DNA from: Balanoglossus misakiensis
Lineage: Eukaryota; Animalia; Hemichordata
Reading direction: 5' to 3'
Length of the DNA stretch: 64,000 nucleotides
Assembly (NCBI GenBank): GCA_040954595.2
Contig: CM082578.2
Location: 16,476,998-16,540,997 of the forward strand
Shown: piece after piece, positions 1 through 11,425 of the stretch
How positions within the stretch are numbered: the stretch's first letter is position 1
Layout of the letters: each line of letters begins with the position of its first letter
Notes under the pieces: model-generated
The model's input: only the letters and a program-made list of their open reading frames with translations
The model's database searches: none
What the model was told of the DNA's origin: nothing
Made by a program: the position numbers and the translations under genes

Positions 1-71
1 ACTCTACTTATTGCCTCGTGTATGATTCCAGTATCTGATTGCATTTAATTGTTCTTTTTCTCTTGCTGTAG

Positions 72-3000
72 ACTACACAAGTGTTCTGCCCCGAAGCAAA
101 GAATTTATACACCGGGCAACATGGTACAACGTCAACAAAGAAAACAGGTGAGTGGGAGAGAGAGAGGGGGGAGAAGGGAGGGGAGAGAGACAGAGAGATT
201 GTTAAAACAAACATTTCTTTTCCAGATCTCCCCTACAAGAGGCGGTATTGAAGGAAGGCGAATTGATAAACAGAGAGTGTACAGCAGGTTGGTCACATGA
301 TCTGAGTTTTTGTACTTTATTTGAAAGATTTGGAATTTGGTCTTGAGTTCCTGTTTTGCTCGTTGAGCATTCAGTTCTGATAGAGGTTTAACTAACTTGA
401 GGATTGCTAGCTGGTGCTGCAAGTTTGATGTTAATTGGCACAGCCGTGGAGCAGAGTTGTTCTGAGTTGATGTTGAAAGTTAATATGTCTCAACAATAGA
501 TTACAGACACCCATCCTAATAAACTCTGCTTGAATTTAGCTTCCGTCCTCTGAAAACACTACCGAGCTCACCCAGTGAAGGATTTACGTGTGTCAAATTC
601 CCAAAATTTCAGTATGTAAGTAATAGTTTACTTTTGTTAGTGTGTAACAGATTTTGAAACCTGTAAAAGGAGCATGATGTAAATTATTGGGGGGGGGGGC
701 AGTTTCGGGCTTTTATCTTCACTTCTACAGTCTGATGTTACCCAATATGTCATGAACCAAATCTTTTCACTTCTGAATCATTATAGATGAGTTTCTTTCC
801 ATAGCATGTTGGTACACAAGTATGCATCAGTAAATATGGGTTATTTGGTGCCTAATGAGTATCTTGGTCTGACGCAGCAAAGAGAATAAATGACCAAGAA
901 AAGTTTCTGTTTCTATTTCATGTTTCAGCCGCTCGATAATCCAACATTAATGTTAGGTACCACCTCCGGACACGTCAACCTTGACCTCCACGTGAGCAAG
1001 GTCAGTATTGTCCCAAACCATCTGTCATATAATGAGATTTATTGGCGTTGTTCTGATATCAACTATTTTGATGAGTGATCCTTGACGTTTACCTTCTGTT
1101 GTATCTTTTGACAGGACAAAGTGAAAATGTCAACCTTCAAATGTCATGATAGTGCTGTTTTGGCTTTTGAACTATCCAAGGTATGCCTGCATATAAAATG
1201 TATCATATTTGGTACACTAAACACTAAATACGCTGTACAACATTCTTGAGGCTTGGAAGAAAACAAATATTGTTCCTCGGATTTGGGAGGGGAACTTGTA
1301 TGGCTTCATGTATATATTTCTTCATGTATTAAATAAGATTGACAGATTCCACTCTTAAATTCTGACCATCCCCCAATTTGAATTACCTCAACTACACAGG
1401 ACAGTAGGTTAATGGTGACTAGTTGTCAATACTTGCGACATGAAGTCCGACGACCAGTCTCAGTGCTTTGGAAGTTTGCAGACAACAGCAATGGCTTGTC
1501 TCTCCAGTAAGTCTCCACTTTTTGTGGTCTTTCACTCAGGTCTGATTTTCAGCTGTTCTTTTAATCAATTGTCATTTTTTCTTGATTAACAGTTAGTATT
1601 GTGTATTTACACATTGGTTCCCAGTGGAACCTTATTACTTTATCATGTCAATTGTTTTTGTTCCTGCAGACATGGTTTCTTAAGTGACAGTTATATGAGC
1701 TTTAGTAACACTTCAGATGACATGATTGTCAGCAATCGAGGCCTGACTGCTTTAGTAAGTGCAAAAAAAAATTCTCAACTTCATATCTGCAGTACTTTGA
1801 AAGATTAATCCAAAAGGTTGTAATTTATCCTGCAACACATTTGTGCATTGTATTTTTTCATAGTATGAAACTTCTCATCTCATTACCAGGTGTACGACAC
1901 TGAAACAGGTGGACAAATAGTCAAGTTGAAAGATGACCTGCGAGAAAACAGATACCGTAACAACAAGGCCATCTTTGACCCAACTGACACCATGGTGTTA
2001 TCCAATGGAATATTGTGGGATGTGAGGTCAGGGGGCATCGTGCACCAATTTGACAAAATTCACAAGAGCAGTTTCTACAATGCCAAAATCCACCCTACAG
2101 GTTTGCATCTGCTCATCAAAGATGCCATGGTATCCTTTTACGAGTATTTCTAGCTATTCTGTCTGTCAGTGCTTGTACATGTAGGTACCATTCAACAGTC
2201 AGAGATGCTAGATGAATTTCCCTTTGAAGATACATGTAAGAGTATTTAGGCTTAATAGCGATCAGTAAAGTTGTATTACAAGTTTGTATATAGTTCAGTC
2301 ATCCTTGACAGATGGACAGTGGGATATGAGAACTTATAAGCTGATGACAACAGTGCCTGGTCTTGGTGAGGTGCATGAGTTGCTGGAGTACAATATGAAT
2401 GGAGATGTTCTTTTTGGAGGTAAAGGAATGTGGTTTTCCACCTTTCACATTCTTGATTTGGAAGTATGACACTATTGATTCAAAATCCTGTCATAGAAAT
2501 ACTTCTGTTGCCATTGTTAAAGTTATTTGTAGATGATATTTTCCCCTTTTTCTCCTGACAGCAACATCACCCTATCAAATTGAGAGACTCGGTCAGTCAG
2601 ACATGAAGTCATTTTTCCGAACCTTTGACCCAGATGACCAGTACAGGACAATTGGTAAGAGTTTATTTGACATGAATATAGATTTATATTTACGAGATGT
2701 AATGTCAGTGAAGAAGGAAAGGTTGGAAACATGTTAACAAGCAGGGACCAAGAAGGGCAGCTTTAAAGTTTTATTTAATATGTCATAAAATGGCCTGGTA
2801 TATTCTGAATGACAAATGTGAAATTATACTATTGCTAATTCTCTAGAACAAAATGAGCAGTAGAAAGTGTTCCACCTATTTGCTAATTTTTGTCTCTTGT
2901 ATATCATGATTGCAGCTTCCATAGAGATGAAATGGAATCTACTGAGTTTGGACATAGATCCATCCAATCAGCTTCTAGCAATGAACCTGGTGAGAGCTAA

Positions 3001-3490
3001 TATTCTAAATAATTGGTACATTGATACATGTTTTTACAGTGTATGAGAAAATTCTGCGTTAGTGAGCTGTTCACCATGATTGGGGCCTTAGGAACTTCTT
3101 TATATATATATACAAGACATTATCGGACTATCGTTGATTTTCAATTACCTTTCACATGACTTGGTGGGTCACTTCTTGTTATCATGGTGTTTTTGTTTTG
3201 TTTTGTACATCAGCCCTTAGACAACATGGAGGCATTGTTGATGCAACGCTATACAAATTACAGGAGTGTCTGTCGCGTGTATGAGATTGGAAGGCCACTG
3301 AAAGCAGACATTGAGGACATGGTAAGCTATATGTTGTAACAAAGGTGATCGACTGTTTTCAATTTTACTGGTTTAACATCTTTTTAAGTTACAAATCGTT
3401 ATCTTCTGTCTTCAGCTGGAAGACACTTTGGATGGAATGCTTCTGGAAGAAGCATTCCGAGAAGCGCTCCTTGCAGAGGAAGATATGTGA
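72..3490 (+). CDS. DCAF1: DCAF1/VPRBP-like protein, C-terminal WD40 region (5' part lies upstream of the window); divergent
   Basis: Approximate GT-AG exons 72-147, 226-287, 540-615, 929-1000, 1115-1180, 1400-1507, 1670-1754, 1890-2129, 2320-2419, 2561-2654, 2916-2988, 3214-3321, 3416-3490. Spliced peptides GGIEGRRIDKQRVYS-FRPLKTL..EGFTC, LMLGTTSG, CHDSAV, NRYRNNKAIFDPTDTMVLSNGILWDVRSGGIVHQFDK, FRTFD and CRVYEIGR follow the recalled DCAF1 motifs in order (GG..[58 protein letters not shown]). Confidence 0.85.
2130..2319 (+). other. U12-type (minor spliceosome) GT-AG intron in the DCAF1-like gene
   Basis: Donor GTATCCTTT at 2130. Branch site TCCTTGAC at 2302-2309, about 10 nt before the AG at 2318-2319, with no polypyrimidine tract. 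Splicing joins ..KDAM|WDMRTY in frame. Confidence 0.85.
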
Positions 3491-5469
3491 AATCATGAAG
3501 ATGCAGGCAACAGTGAATCTGAATCCGACTTAGATGGATGATGGGGGTCCTGATAGCAGACAGAGAATAATTGTTATGATTGGCTCAGCAGCCCTGATTA
3601 GGATCATTATCCAAATCCCGGTTCCAATCAAGATGGTGGGGTATTTAGAAGTGGTAAATTATCAGATGATGATCATGATTATGATGAAGATGGTGACTGA
3701 TGTACTTGTTATAGTCATTCTGATGGAGATCATGGTGAAGTCATTGAGAATGTCTTTTATTTTAAGAATTATTCAGATAAGAGCTGTGTACTCCCCACCA
3801 CCTAATATTGAGTTTTCAAGTTTGCTCCTGCAGTAGTGCACATGCTGTGCGATTATGATTGTGGGAGGAATCCCTATAATTTTTATGTTTAAGCAATTAG
3901 ACACTTTTAAAAGAGTTTTATTTCCTTACTTGTTATTTTTGGTTGTAGAATTGTAAAGGGTTTAGTCCAAGGTAGTTTTACTGAGCAGAAAAAAAATCAG
4001 ACCATTGTAAGCCTTACGGTAAACTGGATGCCTCTTTGTTGAGTGGATAATTTCTTGACGGCACTGATTTGACCATTTTAGGTGCCAGCAGCCGAAGACA
4101 TGCAATAAAATGACATGACAAAAGTACATGAAATTCAAGCAAAGTTTGTATTTATTGTCGTTTTAGCTACAAAAAAGGGACAACATACAATGTCTTGTAA
4201 ACAATCATGAAGATCAAGATTTGAATAGGGCAAACAATTTTCTTTTCATTATTTTGAACACAAAAAATGGGGGTTAGGGTACCATAGTGAAGGCTACAGG
4301 CTTATTCCAGTATTTCAGCAACACTTTTCCCCACCCTATGCATAATGACAAAGCTGCCGTAGCAACAGTTGCCTACCATACTCCGGTAAAGCTGAAACCC
4401 CCATCGCAATACAGCAAGTTTATGCACAAAAACAAAGGGAATTCTGTTTCTACTTGCTGGTGGCGCTGTTTGCATCAAGAACAAAGAGGGGTAATGACAC
4501 GGACTTCAGTCTTCAGCAACAAAAAGTAGTAAAGTAAACGTGATTGTGTGTTTCTATGAAGATTTTAGCAAGGCAAAGCATCTACAGTCAAGGCTATTCT
4601 GAGCTACCAACAGAATAAAAGCAAAGTAAACAAATAAAATAAGAATTAATATTTTTAACAACTGCTACACTTTTTAACAAGAAAATAAAAGCTACATGTA
4701 TATATACATGCTCCATACTAGATGTTAATTTTGCCCGGTGCTCACTCTATAATAGTATTCTCCACATCATATTCCTTGTAATGATATAAATCCATCTTTC
4801 ACCAACTTAGCCATTCTGCTTCCCAACTGCCAACATATGCACAATACACTCCAAGGGTAGCACATGTACAATAGCTCATTAGATTACTTATCAGGAACTA
4901 TAAGCAGTCTGATTTTTCAACTCGATGTATACACAATTTACAAACTGCTTGACAGATAATGTATTTCAGAGTTTTGATCTTAATTTTTTGCGTGTTTAAC
5001 AGGATATATGAAAGCTATAAAACATGTGTTACAACGTGGTAAAAATCATGAACATGTCCTCCTAAAAACTGATCAGATTTTCCTAATTTGTGCTCCCTGG
5101 TATACTGATGCAAATTGCTCACTGATAAGACATTTTGTTTTTTATCTTCTTTTTTTTTGACGTTTTGATATTTTCTCAACTGTTCTCTTGAAAGTAAATA
5201 ATTCCTAAATGAGTCTGTGAATGTGTATACTTATTTTGAACGATACTGATGGGAAGTGAAACCCAGTGTTATGTGTCCAATGTACAGAGATACATTATGA
5301 GTTGACAGGTAGCTTGCAAAAAAATCATGACTCCAAATAGCGGCTGTTCACCCGGGTACAAAGTTTCCCTGCTTCCATCTCTCCCAAAATTCTGAACAAG
5401 TCTGCCGGTCAACGCATAAAAAGGTCAGCTATGTTTGAAATAATACGCATCATATATCTTGTCTTGTTT

Positions 5470-7361
5470 TTATTTTTTTGCATATAGTCTGGTCCAGTCT
5501 TTCGCTGTAAGAAAAAAAGTATAAAGGTTGATTTGTTAAGATGTAATTATATGCCAACAACATGTTGCCAGCATTTCACATAACACCTCTGTGGATATTT
5601 GAAGCATATTTGCCCTTCTCACTACAGCATGTCGACATACCCACCATTCGGCCTGTCAACGCATTCTGTGTGTGTTTAATGACCACTGTAATGATTCTTA
5701 GTCCAGACTTGAATTCAGTTTTCAATGATATCATTGTTGGCCTTTTAGAGTGAACGGACAAACCTGTTTCAATTGCTTGGGCTTCATTGACCTTCCACTG
5801 TTCTGCTACATCATTGGCTAATGGATCATCTGGGTTTGGTGCACTGAGTAATGCCTGTATTGAAAGTAACACTGTGCGTATTTGTAAAGCCGGACTCCAT
5901 TTATCTGTTCATAGAGAGACAATACAAGAACGGTCTGCATGTTATTTCATTTTGTACACATGACCATGTTCATTCATTCATTCTCTGCACCTCACAGTCC
6001 CACAGCGCTTGGGCAGAACCCAGAGAACTCTGCCATCTCAGACAACTATTGCAAAATCTGACAACACAAAAGACAACCTTTTCCATAGCCTTGCTTACCT
6101 TTTAAAATATCCAAACAAATCCTACCCAATTTGTCGATATTTGGATGATAAATTTTGGTCATAAACCTCACTTTAGGTGCTGACATAGGATACTCTTCTG
6201 GAAGGAAGAGTTCTAGTCTAAATGTGCCACCTTCGAACGGAGACTGTAAGATTGAAACAGGATGAAATGTATCAGTGTTCATTTAGCCAATGAGGGGTCA
6301 ACAACTCAACAAGAGGTCAACATCAATAGAAAGGAACAAAATTATCTGGAAGTCAACGTGACAATCTTATTTTGGATATACAGTAGCCACACTCGGCAAG
6401 ATATAGTACACAGTCAATGGCAAACGTGATGGTACATAATCTCTACTAAGAAAATAACTGATTTGGACATACCTCTTCAGGGCCGGCAACTACTACATGG
6501 AAATACCTTGCATTATGGTCATCTGGAACAGCACTAATACCGGGAACTGGTTCTTGCATCAGACGCTGTGTCTCCTACAAAAGGGACAACAAATCCCATG
6601 TTTAAAAGTCAATAAGACATGCTGAATGGAAAAGCTGTGTAAAATGAGTGGTACGAATAAGTGGATAAGTGATACGAATGTATGTGGATGATCCTTTGGA
6701 GACTTTGGCGAGTACCCCAATTTCAATCAAAACAATGTACATGTACATCATAACAACGATGTTACCAACCCCCAAAGCTAACATGCATGGCTTCGTTAAA
6801 ATCAAGTTAAACTTAAAGAGATGTCAACAGTTCCAGATCACATCTTCGCACTTGGTGTGGCAATGTGTCTTTCTACCCAGTAAAGAACACCGCTGATGTC
6901 CAGGAAGCCTGTGCAGTCACTGCACCATTCCGATCATGGCAGCCATGTTTTCGCCGGAGACCGTGGCTTCTCCGGTTTTGGAAAGGAAGTGACACACGGC
7001 AATTTTCCACGTCGATGACAAGCGGTACAATTAAAGTTCAGCTTTATGTCAACCAAACTAAATACGGGTCCCCCTTCAAGACGCACATGCTTCATCCCTG
7101 CTCCAAGAGATACGAACAACCCTTTTTAAAGGGAACTTTCAATGCCAGTTGTAATCCCTCACACTGTACACAGAGTGTACTGTCCATTGGATGCAGATGG
7201 AGGCCAAACAGATTTTACATGCAGATGGAGGCCAAACAGATTTTACAAAGTACACAACCACCTCCCGTATCGTGTAAAATGTACCTATCGAATATATATT
7301 CTGGGATCTCTCATTGCTGAACAATACTTACTTTTATAATCCTACGAGGCAAGCCCGCCAT
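5470..7361 (-). CDS. UBE2N: Ubiquitin-conjugating enzyme E2 N (Ubc13)
   Basis: Exons 7361-7332 ([10 protein letters not shown]), 6574-6473 ([25 protein letters not shown]), 6243-6099 ([25 protein letters not shown], with the catalytic Cys), 5904-5764 ([20 protein letters not shown]..) and 5504-5470 ([11 protein letters not shown]). Splice phases are consistent. Confidence 0.98.
7191..7246. repeat. Perfect 2 x 28-bp tandem duplication in UBE2N intron 1
   Basis: ATGCAGATGGAGGCCAAACAGATTTTAC at 7191-7218 and 7219-7246. Confidence 0.9.
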
Positions 7362-7420
7362 AATCAAGCCTTTTCTAATCGAAATGTATCCTTTTCTTCA
7401 ACGAAGAAACACAACCTCCC

Positions 7421-7434
7421 GGAAAATGGCCGCC
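7421..7434. promoter_or_regulatory. YY1-like element near the UBE2N transcription start
   Basis: GGAAAATGGCCGCC lies ~60 bp upstream of the UBE2N ATG. Motif match only. Confidence 0.4.
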
Positions 7435-7574
7435 TGTCAAACAGCGCACGCTCATTACAGTCTAGTCGAATTGCATTGTGGGTATTAAGACACGAAATAT
7501 TGCACAAACTTTTCATGAATTTCATGTGCTCACATCAATTTAAAGTAGATTCCTGCGTAATTGTTCAAATAACA

Positions 7575-7646
7575 GCGCGAGTGGTGTAATGGATAGCACT
7601 ACAGCCTTCTAAGCTGAAGATCTGGGTTCGATTCCCAGCTCGTGTA
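7575..7646 (+). tRNA. tRNA-Arg(UCU), intronless, atypical acceptor stem
   Basis: Cloverleaf: acceptor GCGCGAG/CTCGTGT, D arm GTGT-AATGGATA-GCAC, anticodon arm (A)CAGC-CTTCTAA-GCTG(A), T arm CTGGG-TTCGATT-CCCAG, discriminator A, then a TTTT Pol III terminator. A and B boxes are intact. Confidence 0.85.
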
Positions 7647-8276
7647 CTTTTGCGCCTGAAATTCTTGAAATTGATGTAGTTCCATTAAAGTTTCGGTCCG
7701 AGATAAACAAAATTGCAGTACTTCCGACGGCCACATGACAACTTGGACAAAGTTTAATAAAAATAAACGTAATATATCTGCTGCAATACTAAACGCATAA
7801 AAGAAGATTTGTTCACCTGTAAAACTAAGGGTGATCAACAGTCGTACATATACTTTATATTCTCCAATTAGACCTATCTCAACTCAATAAACTTATTCGG
7901 AAAGTTGTACTATTCATAGTTCTCTTCTGGGAATTCGACACACATCAACCAAGAACGTTTTACAAATTAAATGTTGCGTCAACTGGATTTAGTGTCAAGT
8001 TGAATCACAGTCGGCTCTCTTTTCAGTTAATTGAAGAAAGTTAACAAAACTTTGCATTTTCATTTTCTAATTTGTGTCCTTCGGTACATTCTTGAATTTT
8101 CGTTGTAAACAACTTTCCCTAGATACTGATAAAAGGGTAGCAATTTTACATGTTGAATCACAAAACTGTCATAAGAATTACATTTATCACAGGACTACCT
8201 CTGGCTACGGCGAGATTTGAATGTATCTCGCATTACCCGAGAGTTCTTATGGATACCCGGATGTAGGTCAATCCAA

Positions 8277-11200
8277 ATGAATCGAGTCGTCTGCATTGAC
8301 ATTTGTGTGATTTTGGCGTTTGCGTCGCTTTCACTTTCCCAACGGGACAGCGATAACGGTATGTATCGCCTATTGTATTGTCTGTTTGACAGTAGTGAAA
8401 GAAAAAAGGAGTAAGTGTCGATGATGATTTTAACACATACTTTCACTGTAACGCGTAAGGCGACGTACGGGGGATGAAGTGTTTGAGATCGGCAGCAACT
8501 AACCGGCCGGACACGTCAATAATGCCATGCATTTCGTGAAAATAAAAACACACCCGTATGTAGTTTTCATCGAGCCGCCGATTTCAGATGTTTATAAATC
8601 ACTTTTGATTTTCAGAGAGTTGCATGATTAGAAAGGGGTTGGTTGATGTTGATGTAACACCATCATTCGTAGTGAACGTACGATCAACATTAGTGTAAAC
8701 ATTGATGAGCTAGGTCTATAGCTTGAAGGTGTGTAAATATATATTTTGCTACTGCCACTGGGGAAATACTGGTAGTAAAGTACATGTATATAAATGAGAG
8801 TGGCAATTTAATTTGATAATATAGCCAGTGTCGTTCAATTTTCAAGTTCTAATTCCTTTATTATTTTTATTTCATAAATGGAGAATGTCAAAGTGACTAA
8901 AAAATTGGGTCAAGTCCCCAGGCAAACTATTCCCAATATTTCTATCAAGTAAATGATTTTAATGTGGTGTATGAAAGCGATGACATGAATCTATGGGGAG
9001 TTCCTGGTCATTCACCTTTTTCCCCTTTTATAAAATACTGATTTGTCTCTTTTCTGTATTTCAGATACCAACGTTAATACTGAAGGAGAGAGTGGTATGT
9101 CCTACCACAAGAAGGCTCAGTTAAAGCATAAACTCACTCCTATGCAATATTATGTAACCCAAGAACATGGGACAGAAAGGTAGTGTGATATTTAAATGTT
9201 TGTCTAACTGTCACAAATATGAGAATTGATACCAGCAAAGTGTCTTGCTAAGTTTGGCCATGTATCCTCAATATTGGCGCATATTTTAGTGACATGTTCT
9301 TATTTTTTTCTTCGTTGCAGAGCTTTCAGTGGTGAGCACATCAAAGTGACAGATGAAGGGGTATTTACATGTGTTGTGTGCGGTAATGAACTTTTCAGGT
9401 AGATGTAATGTTAATATTTGTGGATTTCAATTTTTCGTACTAAATGTGTGACCGACCAGTCGTACTGCGGACTGACCTCTATAGGTGTACTTCTTGATTT
9501 TAGTGTTTGTAAAATGAGTAACAGTACTACAAAGCCATTGCACATAAGTGAACATATCAGTAGATATAAAACCCATTGCAGTCAAGAGCCTGACTATTTG
9601 TCTATATTCATTTCAGAACTAAAGAGAAGTTCAATTCTAATTCCGGTAAGACATTTTTTTCCTCTAATAAAGTTTTTTTCTTTACCAATAACTATTTCTT
9701 CGTTTCATTAATAAGGAAGAAATAATCTCTAAAAGTTACTTTTTTACTGAAGACTGTTTAGCAGAATGACATTTCCATGTTGTTTTACTTACTATTATCA
9801 TTTCACCCTCATAAAATCTGACATAATTGGCAAGACTCAATGTAAAAGGGCAGCAAGCAACATGATTCACTTATTTTAAATAGCGCCCTCACAGTTCGTT
9901 TCGTCGGATTGAGACAAACTCCAGCTCTGTGTTTGGGAGCCAGTATTTTCAGGTCCCGATAGTGGCAGTTCAGTATTGATACAATGCCTACTTGTGTCAC
10001 AAGATAACTTTTTTTTAAAAGTTCAAAGTAAGCAAACACATTAAACTGTGAGTGTAACTTTTGAATGCAACTGAACCACATCACCCTTGAATTTTGTGTG
10101 TGTTTGTTTGTGTGTTTGACTTTGCTATATACTAACTAGTTTAATCTATCCTTTCCCTGAATAAAAACAACAACACAAAAACTGCACAGGTTGGCCATCC
10201 TTCTACGACGTTATCAGGGAGGGTGCTGTCACGTTGAAGCTAGACACGACCTTCCAAATGGTACGCACAGAAGTGAGCTGTTCAAAGGTGAGCATGTAGA
10301 AATTGTGTGAACAAATACTTGATCATTTGGTGTTGCTATCCAACTAAACCGATCAGTAAATACCTCACTTCCTGAATGACTGGCTTTAATGACCTGAGGT
10401 GAGACAATCCTGATAGTCAATGTTGATATAGCAGGGAACAATACACCACCACCCCAGCCAGGCTTTAGCCAGACACCCAACTCTGTGTACACGCCAAGTG
10501 GGTGGTACTTTTTCAGTTCATGACAAAACCAAACAGTTCATTTTTGGGCAGTTCACAAATCCAGGCCTGTGGATTAAAATACATTGTCTGTGACTGTGTG
10601 GTAACAACTTGAAACTTACAGAGGAGTTTTTACAATTTTAGATATGGTTTTATAGTCAAGATTGCTGATAGAGCAGAATGAATAAGCCGTGATTACCAGA
10701 TAGAGTCTATCAGTGACATGAAACAATTGGGGGAGGAATGGCATTTACAAAATAGGCAGTACAGCTCTAATGTCTATATGGATAGTCAGTATTACGCTGC
10801 ATCTTCAGCAAAACGTGTGTATGTGGGAGTGTGAAATGTACATAAGTGGGTGTGATGTGTAATTGTTTCCAGTAGGTCAAAGCAACATGGGGGTTCATTT
10901 AATGTGGGAATAATGTGGGCATAGGTACAGCCTACAGGCCTTGAAATACCAGAAACATTAATAAGATGGGCCAGTGTTTGCTGCATTCCTCAATAGTACA
11001 TCTTAGTGAACAGTTCATGAGAAAGGGAGTGTTTTGGCCATGTTTATGAGTTGGTGTATTTAGTAATACTGTTTTTGCTAGAAAGGTATAATGAACTCGT
11101 CAGTAGTAACATTTTGAAGCAATTGTACCCAGAAACTAATGAAATCACAGATGACTTCTACTCACTGTACATTAAATGAAAGTGGGTTGGGGTAGGAACA

Positions 11201-11425
11201 CCGAAAGTGAAAACAAAGTTCCAAACATTTCAGAAATTCTGCAGAGAGTGTTTATTGTGTGTTGACTTGGAATGTATGCTCATTTTGCAGTGTGGTGCTC
11301 ACCTCGGTCATATATTTGACGACGGACCAAAACCAACAGGCAAACGTTACTGCATCAACTCAGCAGCAATGGATTTCCAACCTGAGAAGAAATCATCAGA
11401 ACCTAAGCCTAAGTCTGAGCTATGA
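8277..11425 (+). CDS. MSRB3: Methionine-R-sulfoxide reductase B3-like (Zn-containing, Cys-type, ER-targeted)
   Basis: Exons 8277-8358 (signal-peptide-like [21 protein letters not shown]), 9065-9179 ([16 protein letters not shown]), 9321-9398 (CVVCGNELF), a 29-nt microexon 9617-9645 (TKEKFNSNS), 10190-10287 ([15 protein letters not shown]) and 11291-11425 ([28 protein letters not shown]). Two CxxC Zn motifs and a KDEL-like C-terminus. Confidence 0.95.

Noticed and set aside
1001-1114. TCCTTGAC U12-like branch sequence at ~1078 in another DCAF1 intron
   Set aside because: The donor is GTCAGT (U2-type) and a pyrimidine tract is present.
3534-3836. 100-aa Met/Ile-rich ORF
   Set aside because: It is an alternative-frame reading of GAT-rich decayed acidic-tail sequence.
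8393-8410. Possible 18-nt MSRB3 microexon (AG..GTAAGT)
   Set aside because: The preceding intron would be only ~34 nt, and the exon is not needed to keep the frame.
11291-11425. Possible selenoprotein MsrB
   Set aside because: The catalytic codon is TGC, and the terminal TGA follows a KSEL retention signal, so it is a true stop.
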